In this document: positions 8,740 to 18,677 of the stretch, piece by piece
Position numbering within the stretch: the stretch's first letter is position 1
How the letters are laid out: the number at the start of each line of letters is the position of its first letter
NCBI GenBank assembly: GCA_964612055.1
Contig: CAZTBI010000002.1
Span: 163,529-227,528 of the forward strand
Source: an uncultured Bdellovibrionales bacterium
Lineage (GTDB): Bacteria; Patescibacteriota; Minisyncoccia; Moranbacterales; UBA1568
Length of the DNA stretch: 64,000 nt
Direction of reading: 5' to 3'
Notes under the pieces: generated by a model
What the model was told of the DNA's origin: nothing
Database searches by the model: none
Seen by the model: the letters and a program-made list of their open reading frames with translations, nothing else
Made by a program: the position numbers and the translations under genes

Positions 8740-10125
8740 ATGAGGAAACACACACTCTACAAAAAAGATGACTTTAAGTTGAAGCATCGAGCGGTCATTC
8801 ATTTCATTGTCGCTGCCATTTTCCTTATATTTATAGGAAAATCTTTTTTTGTTGAGTCTGATTACTTCTTACTTTATATTTACGGCGTATTAGTTACGCT
8901 TGTGCTCGGTATCAACTTTTACGTTGCTATTTTTCGATATGAAGACCCTGCAGTCTTGGCTGGGAAAATAGAGCAGAAGAAACGTGACAGGGGAGCGAAG
9001 ATTGAAGAACCATTCGTAAGTTTCATGGTTGCTGTGTATAACGAAGAAGTTGTTATAGAACAATGCATACTTTCTCTACTTGATCAGACGTATCAAAACA
9101 GAGAAATTATATTTGTGAATGATGGCAGTACCGATGGAACAGCCAAGATTCTGGATGACTATGCTCGCTTAGGAAAAATCAAGGTCATTCACCAGAAAAA
9201 TTCTGGAAAGAAGAGAGCATTAGGGAGGGCTATGAGAGAAGCAAAAGGAAATATATTTGCTTTTTCAGATAGCGACTCTGTCTGGGCAATTGATGCTATT
9301 GAAAGAATAGTCCCTATTTTTAATGTCTTTCCAGATGTGGGGGGGGTAAGCGGTCATTTCCGACTTAAGAATTCTTTGGTCAATATACTTACTAAGGCTC
9401 AAGACTCTTGGGCTGAAGGACAGTTCGCTATTCGTAAAGCCTTCGAGAGTTATTATGGATCTGTTTCTTGTATTTCTGGCCCACTAGCTGTTTTTCGAAA
9501 AGAAGCCATCTACAACTTTATTCCAGCATGGGAGCAAGATAGGTTTCTTGGACAAGAATTTAAATTTGCAACCGACCGCACCCTAACGGGATTCTTGTTA
9601 GGAAACAAGTATATTAGTAAAGATCTAAAAACAAAATATGCAGATGATGATTGCGTGAAGCAGGTTGATTATCCAGAATGTGATTGGCAGGTAGTATACG
9701 CAAAGTCTGCTAAATCCTGGACTATTCTTCCTGAAACCTTTAAGGGAATAGTTAAGCAACAAGTTCGATGGAAGAAGAGCTTTATTAGGAATACTTTCTT
9801 TACAGGTTCTTTCTACTGGCGGAAACCATTTCCTGCTGCTCTTGTGTACTATCTTCATGTACTGTTTGTTCTTTTCGGTCCAATCGTTGCTTTTCGTCAT
9901 CTTGTTTATCTTCCGCTGCACGGTGACCCATGGTCTATCGTTTTGTATCTAGGAGGAATTATATTTGTGGGGTTTATGTTTGGTTTTGCATATAAATTAG
10001 AAAACAGAGATTCGCATCTATGGATATACCGACCTATAATGAGTCTTCTTTCAACCGTTGTTTTATCTGGGCTTATCTATTATTCAGCTCTAACGATTAG
10101 AAAAATGGTATGGCATCGAGGATAA
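8740..10125 (+). CDS. Processive GT2 glycosyltransferase, hyaluronan synthase/NodC/PgaC-like
   Basis: YNE, NDGS, GKKRA, DSD, CISGPL, ATDRTLT and QQVRWKKSFIR motifs; N- and C-terminal TMs. Confidence 0.88.
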   Translation: MRKHTLYKKDDFKLKHRAVIHFIVAAIFLIFIGKSFFVESDYFLLYIYGVLVTLVLGINFYVAIFRYEDPAVLAGKIEQKKRDRGAKIEEPFVSFMVAVYNEEVVIEQCILSLLDQTYQNREIIFVNDGSTDGTAKILDDYARLGKIKVIHQKNSGKKRALGRAMREAKGNIFAFSDSDSVWAIDAIERIVPIFNVFPDVGGVSGHFRLKNSLVNILTKAQDSWAEGQFAIRKAFESYYGSVSCISGPLAVFRKEAIYNFIPAWEQDRFLGQEFKFATDRTLTGFLLGNKYISKDLKTKYADDDCVKQVDYPECDWQVVYAKSAKSWTILPETFKGIVKQQVRWKKSFIRNTFFTGSFYWRKPFPAALVYYLHVLFVLFGPIVAFRHLVYLPLHGDPWSIVLYLGGIIFVGFMFGFAYKLENRDSHLWIYRPIMSLLSTVVLSGLIYYSALTIRKMVWHRG

Positions 10126-11615
10126 CCCTAGGAAGAATATGGCTTTTTGTTCTTCCAATAAGCATATTCTTTGGAACATTTTTTACGCTGTTTAGCCTAG
10201 AACGTTCACAGCCATTTGTTTATGATGAAGCGGTCTATTTGACGAAGGCGCGAGCATGGCAGATAAATTCGCCTGCAGATGAATTTAGAATCTACAGGCC
10301 GGTTGGTATGCCTGTAATAGGAAGGGCATTATTAGAGTTTGGTAATTCTGAAGCTCATCTTCGATTTTTCGGTGTGTTTTTTGGAGCGAGTACCATACTG
10401 CTTCTCTATTTGATTTTTACAAGAATATTTGGCTGGTTAGTGGGGGTATCTGTATCATTAGTGACGACTTCATCATCATTGTTCTTGTATAATGCACCTC
10501 AATTTTTGAATGATGTTCCGTCGTCCGGTCTCCTGTTCGGATCTCTGATTGCAGTTTGGATATGGCATGAGTCGAAAGGGAATAGTAATTGGATCTATTT
10601 ATTTGGGCCATTTTCGGCAGCAGCATTTTATTTACGATACGGAGCTTCGAGTACTCTAGTGTTGATAGCGATAGTCTCCGTTTTTGTGTTCTGGAATAGC
10701 ATAAGGACGGGGGTTAAAGATTTTGAGAAAACTATTCTTTCCGGTATCTTCTCGATTTTTCTGTTTGCCCCACATTTCATACAGTCAGTTGTTGTTACGC
10801 ACGATGTGTTAGGGATATTGAAGCGAAGTGGTGGGGCAGCGGGAAGAGAATATCTAGGGGAGGGTCTTTTAAGATATATTCAATGGCTCCCTCACGATCT
10901 GGGGGGTTGGTTATTTGGTACGCTAGCTATTTTCGGAATTCTTACCACATTCTATTTACTTCTCAGAAAAAATTGGACAGAACAACATAGAGGGTTAGCG
11001 TGGATTGGATTAATTGGCGTTTCGAATCTTATTTTAACAGGAGTCTTGGTTCATGCGGAACCAAGATACGTATTTTTTTCAGTGACTCTTCTTTGTGGCG
11101 TAGGTACTGCTAGTATTTTTTTGATACTCTCGAAATTTCAAACATCGAAGTTTTTTGTTGCAACATTTTTCTTTGTGGCTTCAGTGATTTCTGGTTACTT
11201 TAATTATTACGATGTTAATGCGGCTTTAGGCGATAAGGCAAATGGCGTAAGAGAATTTTATGTTGACGCTGCATCAGCAATACGTAACGATATTTCTTCT
11301 GGAAAAGACTGCGCGATATGGTCTGCATCATCTCGTCCTGAGTTGTCATGGTATGCTGGCTGCCATACGATTTCGATTGATACAAAAGAGGCTTTTGTTA
11401 AGGACTTTCTTACTAATTTTAGAAGACCATGCTACAGTGTTGTTTTTTCAAAGTTAGGAGAAAAGCAACTTGATGAGAACGTCGCTAAAGAGTTTGGCAT
11501 TGAATTATCAGAGATATTTCGCGCAAAGACATCGCAATCATTGGGGGATATTGTTGTGTATAGACTAACAGATCAAGGAAAGATCAGGCTTCAGGCCGTA
11601 ACCGAAAAAGAATGA
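10110..11615 (+). CDS. GT-C fold glycosyltransferase (ArnT/PMT family)
   Basis: YDEAVY in first loop, RP motif, many TMs, EPRY. Confidence 0.8.
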   Translation: MASRITLGRIWLFVLPISIFFGTFFTLFSLERSQPFVYDEAVYLTKARAWQINSPADEFRIYRPVGMPVIGRALLEFGNSEAHLRFFGVFFGASTILLLYLIFTRIFGWLVGVSVSLVTTSSSLFLYNAPQFLNDVPSSGLLFGSLIAVWIWHESKGNSNWIYLFGPFSAAAFYLRYGASSTLVLIAIVSVFVFWNSIRTGVKDFEKTILSGIFSIFLFAPHFIQSVVVTHDVLGILKRSGGAAGREYLGEGLLRYIQWLPHDLGGWLFGTLAIFGILTTFYLLLRKNWTEQHRGLAWIGLIGVSNLILTGVLVHAEPRYVFFSVTLLCGVGTASIFLILSKFQTSKFFVATFFFVASVISGYFNYYDVNAALGDKANGVREFYVDAASAIRNDISSGKDCAIWSASSRPELSWYAGCHTISIDTKEAFVKDFLTNFRRPCYSVVFSKLGEKQLDENVAKEFGIELSEIFRAKTSQSLGDIVVYRLTDQGKIRLQAVTEKE

Positions 11616-11632
11616 ATTTATAAGCTATTCTT

Positions 11633-13249
11633 ATGCAACATGAATATGGCCCTAAAAGTTATAGGAGGATAGAGATGGTCTTCTTTGTTCTGGCTGTTTT
11701 TGTTTTTATTATCATTTCAGCGAAGTATTTCTCTTCCCCGTCTGGCGGTAGCATTTTGACACATACAAAGGATGCTATTTTGAAAAAGATGAATGCGTAT
11801 TATCTTGAAAAATCATCTAATGATATTGTGTCGCAACAATCTCTAATACTCAAAATTAGTGATGATGGCCGGTGGAGGATCTTTAATGTTGATGGAAGCG
11901 AATCAGATCTATATTCTGTAGAGAATCTTGATGGAAAAATTTTGATTTATGGATTAAAAAAAGGAGTTGCTCAAGATTTATATGTTGACGGGGTGCGAAG
12001 CTACTTCACTAGATCTGAAATGGTCAGTACGGACATACCTCACGATGTTATAAATGGTGACACTTTTCTTGTTCCAGAGCAGGAAGATCTTTTCCCTATT
12101 TTTGGATACCACAATATCTTTGATAGAGAGGAGGATATCAGAGATCCGTATCTGGATATCAGGAAGAGCGATTTTGAGAGGCAGGTACAGGTGTACAATC
12201 ATGAAATTAATTGCCGATGGGCGACTCTTCGTGAGGTTGTTGAAAATTTTATTCTAGTAAATAAGAAATTACCTAGGAATGTATGTGTAATGACTTTTGA
12301 TGATGGAAGGAAGAATAATTATGAAATAGCATTTCCAATTCTTAAGGAAAATGGTATTCGCGCTACATTTTATATTATTTTTGGCCGACTAGGGAGCGGT
12401 ATATACATGACTAAGAATGAGGTAGCTGAATTGTTTCGTGCTGGAAATGAAATGGGTTCGCATACTATGACAGGCGGAAGCCTGGTTGATACAAGCTGGT
12501 TTACTGGTGAATTTACTGATAACGAGCTTAAGAATCAACTCCAAGACTCTAAGGAGATTTCTGAGGTATACTCTTATAACTCTAGAACTTTTGCCTATCC
12601 ACTTGGAGATTGGAATGATAAAGTTGTTACTGCTATCAAAGATGCTGGATATATTGCTGCTCGTGATACTGAGAAGGATGAACAATGGAGAGATCACCGC
12701 GCATTAGCAATAAGTGCAACAGAGGATTTTATATGGCATTTGAATTATTATAAGCCGGAGCTTCGTTTTGATGATGAGATATATCAAAATATGCGCTATA
12801 GCGGTTGGTGGCAGTTCGAAGAAGGCAACCTTGTTTCCGGAGATGAAAATGGAAATGTTTTAATTAAACATGACGTTGATATTCCTAATCAGGGCTACGG
12901 GGTTGTTGTACTCGTAGATCCGAATGATTCAAATAGGAATGTGTTTCTTTTAGAACAAGATGGCCAGTACGTTATAGATATGTTACTTGCAAAAGATCAA
13001 TCGAAAAATATCGATCCATCAGTTTTTATTGATGGTATTAATCTGCCGATTCAGAAGGATGATTCACAAACTTGCACTACACAGGGCAAGGGCGTCTATT
13101 GCCATTATACGATTGAAGCTAGTCTTTCACAGGGCAGGCACACTTTGGATATTATTAATAATAGTGGAATAATGAAACTAGATCGTTTCCGCATTTATAG
13201 ACGCGCTTTAGTGGAGCAAGAATACAAGTTAACAATAACGAAGGATTAA
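11633..13249 (+). CDS. Polysaccharide deacetylase (CE4, IcaB/PgaB/NodB-like) with C-terminal beta-sandwich
   Basis: N-terminal TM; FGYHNI, TFDDG, ATFYI, EMGSHT, FAYPLG. Confidence 0.85.
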   Translation: MQHEYGPKSYRRIEMVFFVLAVFVFIIISAKYFSSPSGGSILTHTKDAILKKMNAYYLEKSSNDIVSQQSLILKISDDGRWRIFNVDGSESDLYSVENLDGKILIYGLKKGVAQDLYVDGVRSYFTRSEMVSTDIPHDVINGDTFLVPEQEDLFPIFGYHNIFDREEDIRDPYLDIRKSDFERQVQVYNHEINCRWATLREVVENFILVNKKLPRNVCVMTFDDGRKNNYEIAFPILKENGIRATFYIIFGRLGSGIYMTKNEVAELFRAGNEMGSHTMTGGSLVDTSWFTGEFTDNELKNQLQDSKEISEVYSYNSRTFAYPLGDWNDKVVTAIKDAGYIAARDTEKDEQWRDHRALAISATEDFIWHLNYYKPELRFDDEIYQNMRYSGWWQFEEGNLVSGDENGNVLIKHDVDIPNQGYGVVVLVDPNDSNRNVFLLEQDGQYVIDMLLAKDQSKNIDPSVFIDGINLPIQKDDSQTCTTQGKGVYCHYTIEASLSQGRHTLDIINNSGIMKLDRFRIYRRALVEQEYKLTITKD

Positions 13250-13258
13250 TTTTTTCTA

Positions 13259-14224
13259 ATGAAAAAAAACGCAAAGATTTTTTTAGGAACGGTAATTTTA
13301 ATAGTTGTTGTTTTTTTGTATCAAAAATTCAATTCTCAAGAAGAAGCTAGCCAGACTCAAGGTATGAATGTTTCAGTTTCAGCTAACAACGCAATAGTTC
13401 TTAATCAGGATACCTCAATTAATAGTCAGATAGATGGGGATGGGTTAACAGGATTAAGTATTCTTGACCAAGAATCCAGTAAGACTGAATTCAGCGAGGA
13501 TTTCTCTAGGGATGCTCTTCTTGTAGAAACCGGCTCAATGAATGAGAGTGTTTCTGCGAATTGGTGGCTCAATTCTGGAGCATACCTCTCTATTAGTAAG
13601 GGTCTTGGCGAAACTGTTCAAGGAGAGCTTTCTAAACAGGATGAATGGAGGATAAAATATAAAGATTACAATTCTAGCGAAACCGATGACGGGTATCATC
13701 CACAAAACATCTTCAGGCTTGTAACAAGATATCAGTGGAAGAATTTTCTTCAGGAAAGTTATTTTAAAATTAATCGCTATATTCTTAGCCAAGACAAGGC
13801 TCGGAGTGAGTCAAATGGCCTGCTTCTTTTTAACCGATACCAAGATGGTGACAACCTCTATTATACGGGGCTCAGGGTTGATGGTACTGTTGTTATAAAA
13901 AAGAAAGTTAAGGGAATATACTACACGATGGCTCAGGAGCCTCTCTATCCGGGGAAGTATGATAGAAAGAGTAAGCCGAATCTTCTACCCATTGAAGCCT
14001 GGATAGGATTACAGAGTGAGGTACGAGATAATCCCAACGGAACTGTCTCTATAAAAGTGTACCGAGATAAAGATCGCTCTGGAGACTGGCAGCTTATTTT
14101 GACTGCGATAGACGATGGAAAAAAATACGGGGGAGCGGCTATAAAAAATGAAGGATACGCTGGTATCCGAACGGACTTCATGGATGTCGAGTTTGATGAC
14201 TACAAAATTGAGGAGTTGAAGTAG
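13259..14224 (+). CDS. Membrane-anchored hypothetical protein, probable lectin-like beta-sandwich
   Basis: N-terminal TM; beta-rich; C-terminal GYAGIRTDFMDVEFDD. Confidence 0.65.
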   Translation: MKKNAKIFLGTVILIVVVFLYQKFNSQEEASQTQGMNVSVSANNAIVLNQDTSINSQIDGDGLTGLSILDQESSKTEFSEDFSRDALLVETGSMNESVSANWWLNSGAYLSISKGLGETVQGELSKQDEWRIKYKDYNSSETDDGYHPQNIFRLVTRYQWKNFLQESYFKINRYILSQDKARSESNGLLLFNRYQDGDNLYYTGLRVDGTVVIKKKVKGIYYTMAQEPLYPGKYDRKSKPNLLPIEAWIGLQSEVRDNPNGTVSIKVYRDKDRSGDWQLILTAIDDGKKYGGAAIKNEGYAGIRTDFMDVEFDDYKIEELK

Positions 14225-14237
14225 GTCAATCTCCCGA

Positions 14238-14266
14238 TTGACAGAACTAGCATTTCCTTGTACAAT
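14238..14266 (+). promoter_or_regulatory. Sigma70 promoter
   Basis: TTGACA-17-TACAAT; inverted repeat GTCAATC-TCCC-GATTGAC overlaps the -35. Confidence 0.8.
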
Positions 14267-14348
14267 ACACTATCATTCTTTTACGGTAACCCATTCTTGA
14301 GAATGGGGTTTTATGAGTTCTGGGGAGTGCAATACAGTAGGAACATCT

Positions 14349-16640
14349 ATGAACAACAAGGTTTACAAAAAAAAGAAGGCTTCCAATAGTTCTCGCAGGA
14401 GACAGTGGGGGACTGAGCGTGAGAGAGCGCCGCTTTCGAGTATTCACGATCAACCTTCGGGTTATTCTATTGTCTTTAGTCGGGTGGCTATTGTCCTGAC
14501 GGTGGTTTTTTGGGCGATGTACGTGACGTCAGTGGTTATTCGTCAGCTGATTGATGGTCCAAAAAGCTACCAGTTTACTATGGAAGTGCTCGGTTATCTG
14601 ACCGTCACGACCTTTCTGACCTTTTCAGCCCTTGTCTACCTGATTGCCAGGCAAGGGGCACTGCAGCGTTTCAGTAAACACGTGCGTGTCCCTCGGGCGG
14701 TCATCGACAGACATTTCTCTTCTCAGCAGTCATCTATTACGATGCTCATCCCTTCCTATAGTGAAGAGACCGAGGTAGTGCGCAAGACGGTACTTTCCGC
14801 GGCACTGCAGGAATATCCTGATATGCGTGTCGTTCTCTTGCTCGATGACGAGCCTTTCAAGGTGCGTCCTGAGAATAGGAAGCGACTGGAAGCGACGCGT
14901 GCTATCGGAGAGGAAATCGAAATGCTTCTCTCCAAGCCCTCTGAGCGTTTTCGTGAGGCTTTGGAAGAGTTCGAGGCTACCAGCCTGAAAACTGGCACCG
15001 TGACTTTAAATACGGTACCGAAAATAGCGGATCATTATCTGTGGGCAGCCGCTTGGCTCAATCGGTTAGCAGAGAAAGAGGTGATCGAGGACCATGTCGA
15101 TACCTTTTTCGCTGATCAGGTACTGCGTGAACTGGCCAAGGATCTTTCCTTGGTCGGGGAGGCGCTTTTGGTGTCACACAAAGAGGGGGTGCGTTTTTCA
15201 TTGGAGCGTCTCCTTCAGCTCTACCACAGACTGGTCTGGATCTTTGGTGTTCGGGTAGAAGTCTTCGAAAGAAAGAGGTACATCTCTTTGTCGCATGAGC
15301 CGAATAAGGCGATGAACCTCAATTCGTATATCGGACTGATGGGTGGTATGTATCGGCAAGAGCAGACACCGGATGGAATTGTCTTGGTGCCAACCAAGAG
15401 TCAGCGCAGCGCTGACATGATTATCCCTGATAGCGAATTTGTCCTGACGCTCGATGCGGACTCTATTTTGCTCCGCGAGTACTGTCTCCGCTTGGTCTAT
15501 TTCTTGGAGCAACCTGACAATGCTGATGTGGCGGTAGCGCAAACCCCATACTCTTCATTTCGTGGTGCGCCAACTCGTATCGAACGGCTCTCTGGAGCAA
15601 CGACCGATATCCAACACATTATTCACCAGGGGATGAGTCACTACGGTGCTACCTTTTGGGTTGGGGCGAACGCCGTGATCCGCAAGCGTGCCCTGGAAGA
15701 TATCGTAGAAAAAGAATGGGTGGGAGGATTTGAGATAAAGCGTTACGTACAGGACCGTACTGTTATCGAAGATACCGAATCAAGTATCGATTTGGCACTC
15801 CGTGGTTGGAGACTGGTCAACTATCCGGAACGTTTGAGCTATAGTGCGACGCCACCAGACTTTGGCTCCCTCGTCATTCAGCGTCGCCGTTGGGCCAATG
15901 GCGGACTTTTGATACTCCCGAAACTGTGGTCGCTCATGCGAGAACGCAAACATGCGGGTAAGCCCATATCGAAAGTGACCTTCATGATCCGCTTGAACTA
16001 TATGGCGTCCATTGCCTGGTCAAACTTTGGCTTACTCTTTCTCTTGGCCTATCCCTATGACGGACGTCTGCTTAGTCCACTGGTGCTTCTCGCAGCGATG
16101 CCGTATTTCGTCGCTATGGCGATCGATCTCAAGTACTGCCGATATAACTACAGTGACATCATTCGTATTTACGGTTTCAATTTGATTCTCCTGCCGGTGA
16201 ACATTGCTGGAACGCTCAAGTCATTGGAGCAGGCTCTCACCACAAAAAAGACACCTTTTGCCAGAACGCCAAAAGTAAAGGATCGAACATCCGTGGCTTT
16301 GCCGTATGTCCTCTCGCCAGTGCTCATTGTCGGTTTTTCACTCTTTACCCTCTGGCGCAATATTCAGGGCGAAAACTGGGGGAACGCAGCGGCTGCTGGT
16401 TTCAATGCTTTTGCAGCTACCTGGGCTATCTTTTCGTATATCGGACTGAAGAATATGTTTGTTGATATCTGGCTCGGACTGACAGATATGCTCTACGTCG
16501 ATGTTCCTGCCCAAAAGTCTTCCCAAAAACCAGTTGATGATGAGGCTGAATTTAATTGGAAAGGCGTACTGTACCATGGGGAAGTCAACGCGACCGTACC
16601 ACATGAATCGGTCACTGAGATGATACTCAATAAAAAGTAG
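14349..16640 (+). CDS. Processive GT2 polysaccharide synthase (cellulose/chitin synthase-like)
   Basis: LLDD, NKAMNLN, DAD, QTP, IEDTE and QRRRW motifs; TMs at both ends; alternative start 14313. Confidence 0.85.
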   Translation: MNNKVYKKKKASNSSRRRQWGTERERAPLSSIHDQPSGYSIVFSRVAIVLTVVFWAMYVTSVVIRQLIDGPKSYQFTMEVLGYLTVTTFLTFSALVYLIARQGALQRFSKHVRVPRAVIDRHFSSQQSSITMLIPSYSEETEVVRKTVLSAALQEYPDMRVVLLLDDEPFKVRPENRKRLEATRAIGEEIEMLLSKPSERFREALEEFEATSLKTGTVTLNTVPKIADHYLWAAAWLNRLAEKEVIEDHVDTFFADQVLRELAKDLSLVGEALLVSHKEGVRFSLERLLQLYHRLVWIFGVRVEVFERKRYISLSHEPNKAMNLNSYIGLMGGMYRQEQTPDGIVLVPTKSQRSADMIIPDSEFVLTLDADSILLREYCLRLVYFLEQPDNADVAVAQTPYSSFRGAPTRIERLSGATTDIQHIIHQGMSHYGATFWVGANAVIRKRALEDIVEKEWVGGFEIKRYVQDRTVIEDTESSIDLALRGWRLVNYPERLSYSATPPDFGSLVIQRRRWANGGLLILPKLWSLMRERKHAGKPISKVTFMIRLNYMASIAWSNFGLLFLLAYPYDGRLLSPLVLLAAMPYFVAMAIDLKYCRYNYSDIIRIYGFNLILLPVNIAGTLKSLEQALTTKKTPFARTPKVKDRTSVALPYVLSPVLIVGFSLFTLWRNIQGENWGNAAAAGFNAFAATWAIFSYIGLKNMFVDIWLGLTDMLYVDVPAQKSSQKPVDDEAEFNWKGVLYHGEVNATVPHESVTEMILNKK

Positions 16641-16648
16641 CACCACTT

Positions 16649-18238
16649 ATGAAAGAGTCACGAACCGAAAAAAATATCGTTCATACTGAGTCAAGGAGAC
16701 GGCTTTCCCCTTGGCGAGTTTTACTCGCTTTTTTGGTACTCGGTGGAGTGGCCTACGGTACCACGCTTGGTGTGGATCGGTGGCGAGAAACCGAATCGAC
16801 CACTGTCTACGAACCCTGGTTTGCGGCCTATGTCGATGTGACCTCGACTCCGGAGTATCCTTTTGAACAATTAGGATCAACGGCAACGCCAGATGCGATA
16901 CTTTCTTTCATTGTTTCTTCGAAGACTGAAGCTTGTACGCCAACTTGGGGAACGCACTACACGATGGATAAAGCAGGGATCGCCCTTGATCTCGATCGGC
17001 GCATTGCCAGGCTGGAACAGCAAGGAGGGAGAGTCGCCATATCTTTCGGTGGAGCGATCAACTCGGAGCTTGCCATTTTGTGCCAAGATCATGATGCGCT
17101 GCTTAGTGCTTACGATTCTGTCTTACAACGGTACAACGTCGATACTATAGATCTGGATATTGAAGGTGAAAGTCTGAAAGATACTGAAGCATCAAAACGT
17201 CGTGCTGATGTCATAGCCAAACTCCAGAAACAGTATCGAGAGAGTGGGAAAAATCTGGCCGTGTGGTTGACGCTGCCGGTCGCTCCAAGTGGTCTCGCTC
17301 CAGAAGGGGCGAATGCGGTAGCGCAAATGCTCTCAAGTGGCGTCGACTTAGCCGGAGTGAATGTGATGACTATGGACTATGGTGCTAGTCGAGGAGAGGG
17401 GCAGGGGATGCTCGATGCTTCGACGAGTGCTTTGATTGAGACGCACCGTCAATTAGGAGTTCTCTACAAGCAAGCCGGTATCAGTCTCAATAGTAATTCG
17501 TTGTGGCGAAAAATTGGAGCCACGCCCATGATTGGTCAAAATGATGTGGTGGATGAGGTATTTACTCTGGACGATGCCAAAGGATTCAATGTTTTTTCTT
17601 TGAATCAGGGTGTGGGTCGTATGTCGATGTGGTCAGCCAATCGCGATACTCCCTGTGGAGAAAACTATGTCGATGTGAAAGTGGTTTCTGATTCTTGCAG
17701 TGGTGTGAAGTCAGCGAAGTTTAGTTTTTCTCAGGCGTTGGGAAGTGACTTCAATGGTGATCTGACCCAGAGTGCTTATATTTCAACCACAGAAGATCCT
17801 GAAAGCAACGTCACTATTATCGATAACCCAGAGACGAGCCCGTACCAAATCTGGCAAGAAGTAGGTGCTTATCCAAAAGGCGTGAAGGTGGTATGGCACG
17901 GCAATGTCTATGAAGCAAAGTGGTGGACGAAAAATGACTTGCCTGACAATCCAGTGCTTCAATCATTTGAGACGCCGTGGCAGTTAGTCGGACCAGTGTT
18001 GGTAGATGAGAAGCCTATTGAGCAACCAAAGTTGCCAGCAGGTACTTACAAGCAGTGGTCTGGAGAAACGGTCTATCAAGGTGGTGATCGAGTTCTCTTT
18101 GAAGGTGTGCCTTTTCAGGCTAAGTGGTGGAATCAGGGTGATAGTCCAGCTGCTTCAGCTGCCAACTCAGACGCCTCGCCGTGGATTGCTCTGACGCAGG
18201 CGCAGATTGTCGATATCCTCGAAGAGTTGAAGAAGTAA
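16649..18238 (+). CDS. Membrane-anchored GH18 chitinase with two CBM5/12 chitin-binding modules
   Basis: SFGG, intact DLDIE (DxDxE), MTMDYG, WSANRD; two AKWW-type modules. Confidence 0.9.
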   Translation: MKESRTEKNIVHTESRRRLSPWRVLLAFLVLGGVAYGTTLGVDRWRETESTTVYEPWFAAYVDVTSTPEYPFEQLGSTATPDAILSFIVSSKTEACTPTWGTHYTMDKAGIALDLDRRIARLEQQGGRVAISFGGAINSELAILCQDHDALLSAYDSVLQRYNVDTIDLDIEGESLKDTEASKRRADVIAKLQKQYRESGKNLAVWLTLPVAPSGLAPEGANAVAQMLSSGVDLAGVNVMTMDYGASRGEGQGMLDASTSALIETHRQLGVLYKQAGISLNSNSLWRKIGATPMIGQNDVVDEVFTLDDAKGFNVFSLNQGVGRMSMWSANRDTPCGENYVDVKVVSDSCSGVKSAKFSFSQALGSDFNGDLTQSAYISTTEDPESNVTIIDNPETSPYQIWQEVGAYPKGVKVVWHGNVYEAKWWTKNDLPDNPVLQSFETPWQLVGPVLVDEKPIEQPKLPAGTYKQWSGETVYQGGDRVLFEGVPFQAKWWNQGDSPAASAANSDASPWIALTQAQIVDILEELKK

Positions 18239-18256
18239 AAAATTTTTGAACAAAAA

Positions 18257-18287
18257 GAAAGCCGAGCTTTTGGACAGCTCGGCTTTA
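18257..18287. terminator. Bidirectional intrinsic terminator
   Basis: AAAGCCGAGCT-TTTGGAC-AGCTCGGCTTT between convergent genes. Confidence 0.8.
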
Positions 18288-18307
18288 TTGTGGACGGCGG
18301 GTTCTTT

Positions 18308-18475
18308 TTACAAGAGACCGACTTGTCCGAAGAAGGTGAGGGTAATCACCGGCAGGAGGGCGAGGAGGAACGCCATTGAAACTTCCTCATTCTTTTTCGC
18401 CTCTACTGCTACGTGCTCACAAGTTGTACAGCTTGTCTGTTGAGACTCCAGGGTCTCCATAGTTACATCTGACAT
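18308..18475 (-). CDS. Small (55 aa) CxxC membrane protein, absent from the ORF track
   Basis: MSDVTMETLESQQTSCTTCEHVAVEAKKNEEVSMAFLLALLPVITLTFFGQVGLL*; has its own promoter and terminator. Confidence 0.75.
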   Translation of the reverse strand: MSDVTMETLESQQTSCTTCEHVAVEAKKNEEVSMAFLLALLPVITLTFFGQVGLL

Positions 18476-18597
18476 ACGTTTGTATGTTATTTGTTTTTAC
18501 CTGCCCTCCGCAGGTTTTGTTAAAGAGGGGGTTGAGAAAGAAAAAACGGGCTGTAGACGTGGACGTCCTCACCCGTTTTTCACTTCTCAACATATCT

Positions 18598-18626
18598 ATT
18601 ATAGCGCATAAAAAGAGAAAAGTCAA
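18598..18626 (-). promoter_or_regulatory. Sigma70 promoter
   Basis: TTGACT-17-TATAAT on the minus strand. Confidence 0.85.
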
Positions 18627-18677
18627 GGGCTTCTCGCGTGGTACAATAAAGATACCAATTTCTTCTTTCTTTTTTCT

